Assembly (NCBI GenBank): GCA_029260755.1
Contig: JAJDCQ010000078.1
Span: 73,255-137,254, forward strand
Source: Planctomycetota bacterium
GTDB lineage: Bacteria > Planctomycetota > J058 > JAJDCQ01
Direction: 5' to 3'
DNA length: 64,000 nt
Shown here: positions 1 to 7,658 of the stretch, piece after piece
Numbering within the stretch: position 1 is the stretch's first letter
How the letters are laid out: each line of letters begins with the position of its first letter
Translations under genes and position numbers: made by a program
Notes under the pieces: generated by a model
Database searches by the model: none
Told to the model about the DNA's origin: nothing
What the model saw: only the letters and a program-made list of their open reading frames with translations

Positions 1-2
1 CG

Positions 3-437
3 GCGGCGGCGGACGTGGCGGTGACCGCGGCGGACGCGGCGGCGACCGGGGACGCGGCGGCGACCGCGGGCGCGGCGGCGACCGGGATCGCGGCGGACGC
101 GGCGGTCGGGATCGGGATCGCGGACGCGGTGGCGACCGGGATCGCGGCCCGCGCGGCCCGCGCGGGGACGACGGCGAGCGCAGCAGCGGCGAGCGCAGCA
201 GCGGTGGCGACCGCGAGCGCAGCAGCGGCGGCGACCGCGAGCGCGGCGGCGATCGTGGCGGTCGGGGTCGCGGTGGCGACCGCGGCCGGGGTCGCAGCGG
301 CGGCCGGTCGAGCGGCGGCGAGCGCAGCAGCGGCGGCGAGCGCAGCGGCGGCGGCGACCGCGGCGGTCGGGGACGGCGTCCGCGTCGCGACGACGACTAG
401 TCGCGAGCGCTTCGTCGCTCCGACGGACTCAGGATGA
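3..437 (+). CDS. C-terminal part of an Ala/Gly/Thr-rich low-complexity protein (partial, enters from the left edge)
   Basis: Frame +3 is open from the window edge. Codons are (GCN)n-like with almost all third positions G or C. The TGA stop at 435-437 is followed 6 nt later by a strong hairpin. No recognisable domain. Confidence 0.3.
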   Translation, partial: AAADVAVTAADAAATGDAAATAGAAATGIAADAAVGIGIADAVATGIAARAARAGTTASAAAASAAAVATASAAAAATASAAAIVAVGVAVATAAGVAAAAGRAAASAAAAASAAAAATAAVGDGVRVATTTSRERFVAPTDSG

Positions 438-442
438 AAACG

Positions 443-480
443 AGACCGGGCCTCCTCTTCGAGGGGGCCCGGTTTCTTGT
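443..480 (+). terminator. Intrinsic-terminator-like hairpin
   Basis: accgggcctcctc / gagggggcccggt form a stem of about 13-15 bp with a 3-nt loop, followed by ttcttgt. It lies directly after the stop at 437. Confidence 0.5.
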
Positions 481-486
481 ACGCCG

Positions 487-713
487 CTGTTCCTGGAACA
501 GGAGCGTGCGATTGCCGTCGCGATGAACGATCCACAGATTTCACAGATTTCACAGATTGCCGCGGGCGGTTCCGAGTCGTTGCCGATGCCGAAACGGGCC
601 TGCGCCCTTCGGCGAGGGATGACCGCCTTCGGCAGCTCTTGATCTGTGTAATCTGTGTAATCTGTGGATCGTCAGCCGTTCGGAGCGGAGACTCTCGTGT
701 TCCTCTGGAACAG
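487..713. repeat. Family 1 composite palindromic element, type X, copy A (about 227 bp)
   Basis: Bounded by ctgttcctggaacag (487-501) and gtgttcctctggaacag (697-713). The inner hairpin 529-670 has a left arm gatccacagatttcacagatttcacagatt and a right arm gatctgtgtaatctgtgtaatctgtggatc, each 3 tandem 9-mers, around a core of about 82 nt. Homologous copies lie at 19734-19953 (inverted) and 53559-53765. Confidence 0.85.
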
Positions 714-732
714 CCGGGCCGGGTCCGTGGGG

Positions 733-2466
733 CTAGACGCCGCCCGACCGGAAGAACCCGACGAACAGGACCAGGCCGTAGAGGAACACCACGCCGATCG
801 CGAGCAAGCCGAGGAGCAACGGGAGAGTCACGCCGAAGAGACCCGCGTTGACGAGCTGGCTGTTCACGATCAGGTAGGTCGCGCCGAGCCAGCTCGACGC
901 GATCACGATCGCGAGCGACATCCGGTTCTGGCTCTGGGCTCGGTCCTTGAGCGCCTCCTCGAGGCCGCGGACCTGGATTCCGACGTCGAGCTCGCCGGCC
1001 CCGAGGCGCCGGATGATGCTGCGCGCCTCGCGCGGGAGCGCCTGGAGGAGGTCGACGGTGTCGTCGGCGAGCCGCATCGGCTCGCGGGCGAAGTAGCTCG
1101 GGTCGGTGAGGCGTGAGAGGTAGATCTTGAGGATGAACGGACGGATCGCGGCGACGGGATCGAGCTCGGGGTAGATGTCGCGGGCGACGCCTTCGATCGT
1201 CGCGAGCGACTTGCCGACGAGGAGGAGGTCGGCCGGGAGGATGATCTCGTGGGCGTTGATGACGTCGATCAGCTCCTGGAGGTACTTCCCGATGTCGACC
1301 GTGGCGAGCTCGACGCTGTAGTACTCGTCGATCATCTCCGCGACCTCGCGGCGGAGCGCGCGGAGGTTGACGCGGTCGTGGAGGAGGTCGAGCCGGCTCA
1401 GGATCCGGATGAGCTTGTCGACGTTCTTGGTCAGGATGGCGACGAGGAAGCTCAGGATGTCGTCGATGCGCTCCTGGGTGAGCGTCCCCATCATCCCGAA
1501 GTCGATCATGCAGATCTTGTTCCCGTCCATCACGAAGATGTTCCCGGGATGCGGATCCGCGTGGAAGAATCCGTGGACGAGGGTCTGCCTCAGGATGATC
1601 GAGATGCCGTTCTCGGCGACGGTGCGGAGGTCGAGGTCGGTGCGCTCCTTGATCGCCCCGCTGCTCATCTTGACGCCCTCGATGAGCTCCTCGCAGAGGA
1701 CGGCGGGCGTCGTGAACTCCTCGAACACCTCCGGGACGTGGACGGTGTCGTCGCCCTCGAAGTTGCGGGCGTAGCGCTTGATGTTGCGCGCCTCGTGGGT
1801 GAGGTCGATCTCCTTGATGATCGACTTCCGGAACTCGGCCACGATGCCGACCGGGTTGAAGCGGCGCGCCTCGGGCACCCGCTCCTCGGCCAGCTCGGCG
1901 AGCGACTCGAGGATGTCGAGGTCGTTGTCGATCGTGCGCTCGATCCCCGGTCGCCGCACCTTGAGGATCACCCGGGGGCCGTCCTTGAGGCGCGCGCGGT
2001 GGACCTGGGCGATCGACGCCGCCGCGAGATGCTCATCCTCGAACTCGGCGAAGACCTCGTCGACGGGGCGGCCGTACTCCTTCTGGAGCATCTCGCGCGC
2101 CATGGCGGCGGGGAAGGGCGGCACCTTGTCCTGGAGCTTCTTGAGCTCCTCGATGAGGCTCGCCGGGATCAGGTCGGGCCGGGTGGCGAGGACCTGACCG
2201 AGCTTCACGAACGTCGGGCCGAGGTCCTCGAGCATGAGCCGGATGCGCTGCTCGGTCTTGAGCTTCGCGATCTCGGCGGACTCGCCCCGGTAGCCCCAGA
2301 AGAACGTCTTGACGTCGGAGAGCGCGCTCGTGAGGCCGAGGCGGCCGAAGATGTCGCCCATGCCGTACTTGGCCGAGATGCCGAGGATCTCGCCGACCCG
2401 ACCGATGTTCCGGAGGGCCCGGGGCAGGTTCGCTATGTTGGCGACGCGGACGGCCATGGGGGCCAT
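733..2466 (-). CDS. ubiB: UbiB/ABC1-family atypical kinase (ubiquinone biosynthesis-type)
   Basis: 577 aa with ABC1 motifs LGPTFVKLGQVLATRPDLIP, FHADPHPGNIFV and DFGMMG, and hydrophobic C-terminal helices. The start lies 1 nt after the selA stop. Confidence 0.85.
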   Translation of the reverse strand: MAPMAVRVANIANLPRALRNIGRVGEILGISAKYGMGDIFGRLGLTSALSDVKTFFWGYRGESAEIAKLKTEQRIRLMLEDLGPTFVKLGQVLATRPDLIPASLIEELKKLQDKVPPFPAAMAREMLQKEYGRPVDEVFAEFEDEHLAAASIAQVHRARLKDGPRVILKVRRPGIERTIDNDLDILESLAELAEERVPEARRFNPVGIVAEFRKSIIKEIDLTHEARNIKRYARNFEGDDTVHVPEVFEEFTTPAVLCEELIEGVKMSSGAIKERTDLDLRTVAENGISIILRQTLVHGFFHADPHPGNIFVMDGNKICMIDFGMMGTLTQERIDDILSFLVAILTKNVDKLIRILSRLDLLHDRVNLRALRREVAEMIDEYYSVELATVDIGKYLQELIDVINAHEIILPADLLLVGKSLATIEGVARDIYPELDPVAAIRPFILKIYLSRLTDPSYFAREPMRLADDTVDLLQALPREARSIIRRLGAGELDVGIQVRGLEEALKDRAQSQNRMSLAIVIASSWLGATYLIVNSQLVNAGLFGVTLPLLLGLLAIGVVFLYGLVLFVGFFRSGGV

Positions 2467-2467
2467 T

Positions 2468-3886
2468 TCACCCGTTTCGAGGCGCGGGCGCCAGCGCTTC
2501 GCCGACCACCGCTGCGAGGAGCTCGTCCTCGTCCGGCAGGATCGTCCGGAGGTCGATCAACACGCGATCCGCGTGGATCCGGGTGAACACCGGCGGCGTC
2601 GTCTCGCGGAGCGCCGCGGCCAGGGCGCCGGCGCTCCACGTCGCGTGCTGGAGCGCCACGAGCCGCGTCGGGAGGCCGTGCGTCGGGAGGGCTCCGCCGC
2701 CGACCTGACTGACGCCTTCCTCGACGCTCGCCGAGAGGGCGGGCACCGCGCCGAGCTTCGCGGCGAGCGCCGCCGCGCGCGGCTCGAGGTCGGCCGGCGT
2801 GGCGGCGAGCTGGGCCAGGGTCGGCACCTCGGCGCGAACGGTGTCCGGGTCGCGGTAGAGGCGGAGGGTCGCCTCGAGCGCGATCAGGGTCAGCTTGCCG
2901 GGGCGGATGGCCCGGTAGAGCGGGTGCTTCCGGATCCGCTCGACCGCCGCCTTCTTGCCGACGATGAGGCCCGCCTGCGGCCCGCCGAGGAGCTTGTCGC
3001 CGCTGAAGGTGACGACGTCGGCGCCCGCCCGGACGCTGTCCGACACCGGCGGCTCGTCGCCGAGCGCGTCGACGAGGCAGCCGCTCCCGAGGTCGTCCAT
3101 GACGGGCAGGCCGCGGCGCGCGCCGAGCTCGACGAGCTCCTCGAGCGAGGCCTCCGCGGTGAAGCCGACGATCCGGTAGTTGGAGGTGTGGACGCGCAGG
3201 AGGAGGCCGGTCGCATCGCCGATGGCGGCCTCGTAGTCGGCCATGCGCGTCTTGTTGGTGCAGCCGACGTCGCGAAGGATCGCGCCGCTCTGCTCCATCA
3301 CGTCGGGGATCCGGTAGGAGCCGCCGATCTCGACGAGCTGGCCGCGCGAGACGATCGCCTCGCGGCCCGCCGCCAGCGCGGCGAGCGCGATCAGGGTGGC
3401 GGCGGCGTTGTTGTTCACGACGGTCGCCGCCTCGGCGCCGGTGAGCTCGCGGAGCAGCGCGGCGATTCGCTCCTCCCGGCGGTTGCGCTCGCCGGTTCGC
3501 CGGTCGACCTCGACGACCGCGTAGCCGGCCGCCTCGCGGGCGAGCGCCTCGACCGCGGCGCGCGGGAGGGCCGACCGGCCGAGGCCGGTGTGGATCACGA
3601 CGCCGGTCCCGTTGATCGCCCGCTCGTGCGTCGGCCGGGCGTCGTCGGCGAGACGGGTCGCCGCGGTCCGGGCGACCGCGTCGACGTCCAGGGCGCCCGG
3701 GACGTCGTCCTCCCCATCGGTGTCGAGGATCGCGCGGCGGAGGCCGTCGAGCACCTCGCGGACGACGTCGGTCACCCGCGCGCGCGGCCACGCTTCGAGG
3801 AGCGCGGCCGCCTCGGCCGAGCGGAGAACCTCGTCGACGGCCGGGAGGCTGCGGAGGAGCTGGCTGCGCTGCGGAGCGTCGTTCAT
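2468..3886 (-). CDS. selA: L-seryl-tRNA(Sec) selenium transferase
   Basis: 472 aa with the SelA hallmark FSGDKLLGGPQAGLIVG (PLP-Lys context) and the N-terminal LLRSLPAVDEVL motif. Confidence 0.85.
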   Translation of the reverse strand: MNDAPQRSQLLRSLPAVDEVLRSAEAAALLEAWPRARVTDVVREVLDGLRRAILDTDGEDDVPGALDVDAVARTAATRLADDARPTHERAINGTGVVIHTGLGRSALPRAAVEALAREAAGYAVVEVDRRTGERNRREERIAALLRELTGAEAATVVNNNAAATLIALAALAAGREAIVSRGQLVEIGGSYRIPDVMEQSGAILRDVGCTNKTRMADYEAAIGDATGLLLRVHTSNYRIVGFTAEASLEELVELGARRGLPVMDDLGSGCLVDALGDEPPVSDSVRAGADVVTFSGDKLLGGPQAGLIVGKKAAVERIRKHPLYRAIRPGKLTLIALEATLRLYRDPDTVRAEVPTLAQLAATPADLEPRAAALAAKLGAVPALSASVEEGVSQVGGGALPTHGLPTRLVALQHATWSAGALAAALRETTPPVFTRIHADRVLIDLRTILPDEDELLAAVVGEALAPAPRNG

Positions 3887-3915
3887 CGTCGTCTCGGCTT
3901 GCCCCGTACGGAGCG

Positions 3916-3946
3916 CCGGCCCCGCGAGGTCGCTCGGCGGGGCCGG
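3916..3946 (-). terminator. GC-rich hairpin between the 3984-5738 CDS and selA (possible terminator or attenuator, no U-tract)
   Basis: A 10-bp perfect stem ccggccccgc / gcggggccgg with an 11-nt loop. No T-run follows on the minus strand, so function is uncertain. Confidence 0.25.
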
Positions 3947-3983
3947 AGGTGCCCGGACCGTCTCGTCGCGCGGAGCGCCCTCG

Positions 3984-5738
3984 TCAGCGGACGTCGTCTG
4001 CGTGCGAGTCGTGGGACAGCTGTTGGAGATAGATCTGGATCTGCTCCATCTCCTTGTCGAGGTACTGGTAGCCCTCGTCGGCGAGCATCAGCCCGGGCGT
4101 CGTCGGGTCCTCGTGGCTGTGGTTGTCGTAGAGCTCCTGGTAAGCGGTCATCGCCGCCTGGAGCTTGTCCATCGCCCGGTGGAAGGCCTCGCGGCGGGCG
4201 CCGTCGTTCTCGTTGCGGGCGGCCTCGGTCCAGTCACGGAACGCCTTCTCGCCCTCCGCCCGTAGCTCCTTCGCGTTGCGGCTGATGTTCTCCTCGTTGA
4301 GGGGGTCGGGGCCGCCGCGACCGCCCATCATGAGCATGAAGAGCAGGATCAGGACGATCGGGCCCCCGATCATGCCGGCGAGCGCGGCGGGCGGGAGGCC
4401 AGCCTTCTGCGCGCCTCCGGGCGGGCGACCCCGCGCGCTTCCCCGGGCGCTGCCGGCGCCGGCGCGACGCTGCTCGCCCGAGGGGCGACCACGTTTGCCG
4501 GCGGCCGGGCCCTTGGCCTTCGCCGGACGGTCGCCGGAGCTGCGGCGCTTCTCGCCGCCGCTGGCGCCCGCGCGACGCTCGCCGGACGCCTTCCGGCCGC
4601 GCTTCCCGCCATCCTTGGGTCGTCTGTACGTCGGCACCGCCTGCTCCTCGCTGTCGGCCTCCGCGTCGTCGCGGCTCGCCTTCTTGTTCTTGGACTTCTT
4701 CTTGTCCGGCTTCGCGGAGTCGTCGTCGTCGACGGCCGTGTCCTTCTTGCGGCCGGTCTCCTTCCGCGGGCTCTTGCCGTCGGACGGCCTGGCCTTGCCC
4801 CTCTTGTCCTTGTCGCTGCGCTTGCCCTTGCTCCGGTCGCGCCCGCGCTTGTTTCGAGGAGCCTCCGAGGGCTCGTCGTCGTCGAGGCCCTCCTCGTCGC
4901 CGTCGTCGTCCTCGTCGGCGCGCGCTTCGGCGGAGTCCTCGTCGTCGGCGTCGGTGTCCAGGTCGTCCGCGGCGTCGCCTTCGGGCTCGCTCTCCGCCTC
5001 GTCGGCGACGGCCGAGTCGTCCTCGTCGTCCTCGGGCACGAGATCGGCGTCACTCTCCCGCTCGAGGAGCTCGCTCTCGGTCGCGGCGAACCGGCGGACG
5101 TCCGAGTCGGCCTCGGCGAGGACCGGCAGCTCGTCGTCGGCGGGCTCGGGCCTCTTCCCCTTCTTCGCCGCCGCGGTCTCGGGCTTCGCGGCCTCGGCCT
5201 TGCCGCTGCGACTCGACCTGTCGTCGCCGGGCTTCTTGCCTTTGGGCTCCTTCGTCTTGCCCTTCGGGGACGATCCGTTGCCGTTTCGGTCGTTGCCCTC
5301 CGGAAGATTGCGCAGGACGGTGTCGGGGTTCTTCCCCTCGAGGATCTGACGGACCCGATCGGCCGCGCCGGTGACCGACGCGGTGTCCGAGGGAACGCTC
5401 GACTCGATCGGCGGCATCTTGCCGAGGTCGAGCCGTCCCTTGCGGGCCTTGTCCGGCTGGGGTCGCGCCTGCTTCGCGGCGTCGGATGCCTTCGATCCCC
5501 GGGCGGCCTTCTCGGGGTCCTTCCGCGCGGCCCGGACGACGTCCTCGACCCGCGACTCGTCGGTCGCCTCGAGCGGGCTCGAGGGGCGGCGCGTGCGTCC
5601 ACGGCCCCGGCGGGGCGCGGTGACCGAGCCGCTGCCGCTGCCGGCGCGCCGCCGACCGCCGCCCGATCGCGCCGGCGGAGTGCCCGCCGAGCGGGATGGC
5701 TTGGTCGAGCGGCCGCGCTTCGGCCCCTTCATGGCCAT
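3984..5738 (-). CDS. Hypothetical membrane-anchored protein: highly charged disordered N-terminal region of about 450 aa, one TM helix, helical C-terminal domain of about 120 aa
   Basis: 584 aa with alternating K/R-rich and D/E-rich tracts. TM segment is LAGMIGGPIVLILLFMLMMGG. The C-terminus (NAKELRAEGEKAFRDW...YQYLDKEMEQIQIYLQQL) is non-repetitive. G/C-ending codons dominate in this frame. Confidence 0.7.
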   Translation of the reverse strand: MAMKGPKRGRSTKPSRSAGTPPARSGGGRRRAGSGSGSVTAPRRGRGRTRRPSSPLEATDESRVEDVVRAARKDPEKAARGSKASDAAKQARPQPDKARKGRLDLGKMPPIESSVPSDTASVTGAADRVRQILEGKNPDTVLRNLPEGNDRNGNGSSPKGKTKEPKGKKPGDDRSSRSGKAEAAKPETAAAKKGKRPEPADDELPVLAEADSDVRRFAATESELLERESDADLVPEDDEDDSAVADEAESEPEGDAADDLDTDADDEDSAEARADEDDDGDEEGLDDDEPSEAPRNKRGRDRSKGKRSDKDKRGKARPSDGKSPRKETGRKKDTAVDDDDSAKPDKKKSKNKKASRDDAEADSEEQAVPTYRRPKDGGKRGRKASGERRAGASGGEKRRSSGDRPAKAKGPAAGKRGRPSGEQRRAGAGSARGSARGRPPGGAQKAGLPPAALAGMIGGPIVLILLFMLMMGGRGGPDPLNEENISRNAKELRAEGEKAFRDWTEAARNENDGARREAFHRAMDKLQAAMTAYQELYDNHSHEDPTTPGLMLADEGYQYLDKEMEQIQIYLQQLSHDSHADDVR

Positions 5739-5821
5739 GGAATGTTCGACCCCGGTGGTGAGAGATGCGGCGATCGGACGCCCGGCTCCTGGGCGTTTCC
5801 TGCGACTTCGCCTCGGTCAGG

Positions 5822-5851
5822 ATATTAGCACCGCGAGGCGACGAAAGTCAA
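5822..5851 (-). promoter_or_regulatory. Sigma70-like promoter for the 3984-5738 gene
   Basis: The minus strand reads TTGACT (5851-5846), an 18-nt spacer, then TAATAT (5827-5822). It lies about 85 nt upstream of the ATG at 5738. Confidence 0.45.
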
Positions 5852-5942
5852 TTTCTGCCAGAGCCTAGGCCGGTCTCACGGCGCCGGCCCGGCGGCCGAG
5901 AGGGGCCGCGCCCGGGACGTCGATGCCGCGCCGCGTCGTCCG

Positions 5943-6962
5943 CTACTCGTTCCCCCGGAGGGTGGTGACGACGACGGTGAGCGCATCCGAGGCGACGATC
6001 GGACGGAGCTGGTGCGCGCCCAGGCCGACCGGGAACAGGAGCACGTCGCCCGGCCCGCACGGTCGTTCGCCGCCGGGACCCTCGCCCTCGACGATCGCCC
6101 GACCCTCGAGCAGCGCGTAGATGCTCGGGGAACCCCCGCTCGCCGCGAGCGCCAGCGCCTCCCCCGGCTCGCCCCGGAGCAGGTGCAGGTCGAACCGCCG
6201 GCTGCGGACGAGGAGGCCCGATCCGTCGGTCGCCGGTCGGATCAGCCCATCGAGATCGCCGTCGAGCCGGGCGACCTCGAAGGCTCGGTCGAGGTGGAGA
6301 TCGCGCGGGCGGCCGTCGGTGCCGAGCTGCCCCCAGTCGTGGACCCGGTAGGTGATGCCACAGGCGTCCTGAACCTCGAGCAGGAGGAGGCCGCCGCCCG
6401 CGCTGTGGAGCTGGCCAGCGGGGATGTCGACGACGTCGCCGCGGGTCGGCGTCACCTTCCGGAGGAACGCCTCGGGCGCGCCCTCCTCGAGGGCGGCCCG
6501 CATGGCCGCGGGCTCGATCGGTCGGTCGGGGCCGAGCAGGACGAACCCGTCGGGGTCGCTGTCGACGACCCACCAGCACTCCGACTTGCCGCGCGGGAGC
6601 CCCTCCAGTCGGCGGGCGTCGTCGTCGTCGGGATGCACCTGGAGGCTGAGGCGTCCGCGGACGTCGATGTACTTCACGAGGATCGGGAACCGTCCGTCCG
6701 GGGCGATCCGGAGCGCCTCGCCGAGGAGCGCGCGAGGCGCGTCCTCGATGAGCTCGCGAAGGGTCCGTCCCGCGAGCGGGCCGTCGGCGACGACGCTCGC
6801 CTCGCCGTCGAGGTCAGAGAGCTCCCAGCTCTCGCCGGTCGGCCCGGCGCGCGGCTCGGTCCGCGGTCGCCCGAACGCCCGCGCGATCGCGTCGCCGCCC
6901 CAGGGCTTGGCGACCGTCCGAGGATGGAAGCGCAGCGGATAGAGCTCGAGACGCTCGGTCAC
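5943..6962 (-). CDS. manA: Class I mannose-6-phosphate isomerase (cupin type)
   Basis: 339 aa with motifs KPWGG, ESWELSD, LSLQVHPDD and AGQLHSAGGG, typical of short bacterial type I PMI. Confidence 0.75.
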   Translation of the reverse strand: MTERLELYPLRFHPRTVAKPWGGDAIARAFGRPRTEPRAGPTGESWELSDLDGEASVVADGPLAGRTLRELIEDAPRALLGEALRIAPDGRFPILVKYIDVRGRLSLQVHPDDDDARRLEGLPRGKSECWWVVDSDPDGFVLLGPDRPIEPAAMRAALEEGAPEAFLRKVTPTRGDVVDIPAGQLHSAGGGLLLLEVQDACGITYRVHDWGQLGTDGRPRDLHLDRAFEVARLDGDLDGLIRPATDGSGLLVRSRRFDLHLLRGEPGEALALAASGGSPSIYALLEGRAIVEGEGPGGERPCGPGDVLLFPVGLGAHQLRPIVASDALTVVVTTLRGNE

Positions 6963-6972
6963 GATCGCTCGG

Positions 6973-7653
6973 CTACGACCGGTTTCGACGGCGGGCGCCG
7001 AGGCGCTTCTCCCCGCCCTCGCGATCGGGCAGGCGCTTCTTCTCGCGCGGCTTCCCGTCGCTCCCGCTCGATCGACGCTTCTTGCTCCGCGGCTTTCGCG
7101 GGAGACCCTCTCGGCGCCCTTCGTCGGACGCCACCGAGGACTCGCCGACCGAGGAGTCCTCGCCCTCGAGCGCCGCGAGGAACGCGCCGAAGCGCTCGGC
7201 GTTTCGCCGGTCGATCTTGACGAGCTCCTCGTGGGCCCGCCGGATCAGGCGGAGTCGCTCCTTCGCGGGCGGCGGCTTCTCCAGCAGCGCCTTCATCTCG
7301 ACGTCGGGCAGCTCGAGCTCGTCGTCCCGGATGGAGACGAACGCGGCCAGGCCGAGGCTGTCGATCACCTTGCGGCAGTGGTCGTCCGCGTTGACGATCA
7401 CGACGCTCTCGCCCGCGGGGGCGCCGGCCTCGAGGAGCTCCTGCGCCAGGCGGACGAGGCAGCCCATGAAGGTGCTGTCCATCCCGCGGCAGTCGGCCAG
7501 GTCGAGGACCGTGCGTCGGAAGCCGGCCTCGACCATCTCGTGGGTGAAGTCCTGAAACGTCGCGGCGTTGTTCATGTTGGCGAGGCCGTGCACCCGGACG
7601 TAGACGGTCTCGCCCGTGCGTGCGACCTCGTAACTGCCAGCCGGCTGCTTCAC
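6973..7653 (-). CDS. STAS-domain protein (anti-sigma-factor-antagonist-like) with a basic C-terminal tail
   Basis: 226 aa. STAS-like core VLDLADCRGMDSTFMGCLVRLAQ with a Ser/Thr in the DST position. The C-terminus is K/R-rich. Confidence 0.65.
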   Translation of the reverse strand: MKQPAGSYEVARTGETVYVRVHGLANMNNAATFQDFTHEMVEAGFRRTVLDLADCRGMDSTFMGCLVRLAQELLEAGAPAGESVVIVNADDHCRKVIDSLGLAAFVSIRDDELELPDVEMKALLEKPPPAKERLRLIRRAHEELVKIDRRNAERFGAFLAALEGEDSSVGESSVASDEGRREGLPRKPRSKKRRSSGSDGKPREKKRLPDREGGEKRLGARRRNRS

Positions 7654-7658
7654 CTCAC

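Noticed and set aside
487-512. Sigma54 promoter (TGGAAC-N-...TGC) inside the TTCCTGGAAC motifs of family 1 repeats
   Set aside because: The GG-to-GC spacing is off by one relative to TGGCAC-N5-TTGC. The motif is palindromic and occurs at repeat boundaries in both orientations irrespective of gene direction.
529-670. Possible CRISPR array, because of the short tandem direct repeats
   Set aside because: The units are contiguous 8-9-mers with no spacers, only three per arm, arranged as inverted arms of a hairpin. No cas genes are present in the window.
3887-3983. tRNA-Sec or another tRNA next to selA
   Set aside because: The 97-nt gap contains only a simple GC hairpin, with no T-loop (GGTTCGAAT-like) or cloverleaf features. 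I spotted no tRNA-like T-arm motif elsewhere in the window.
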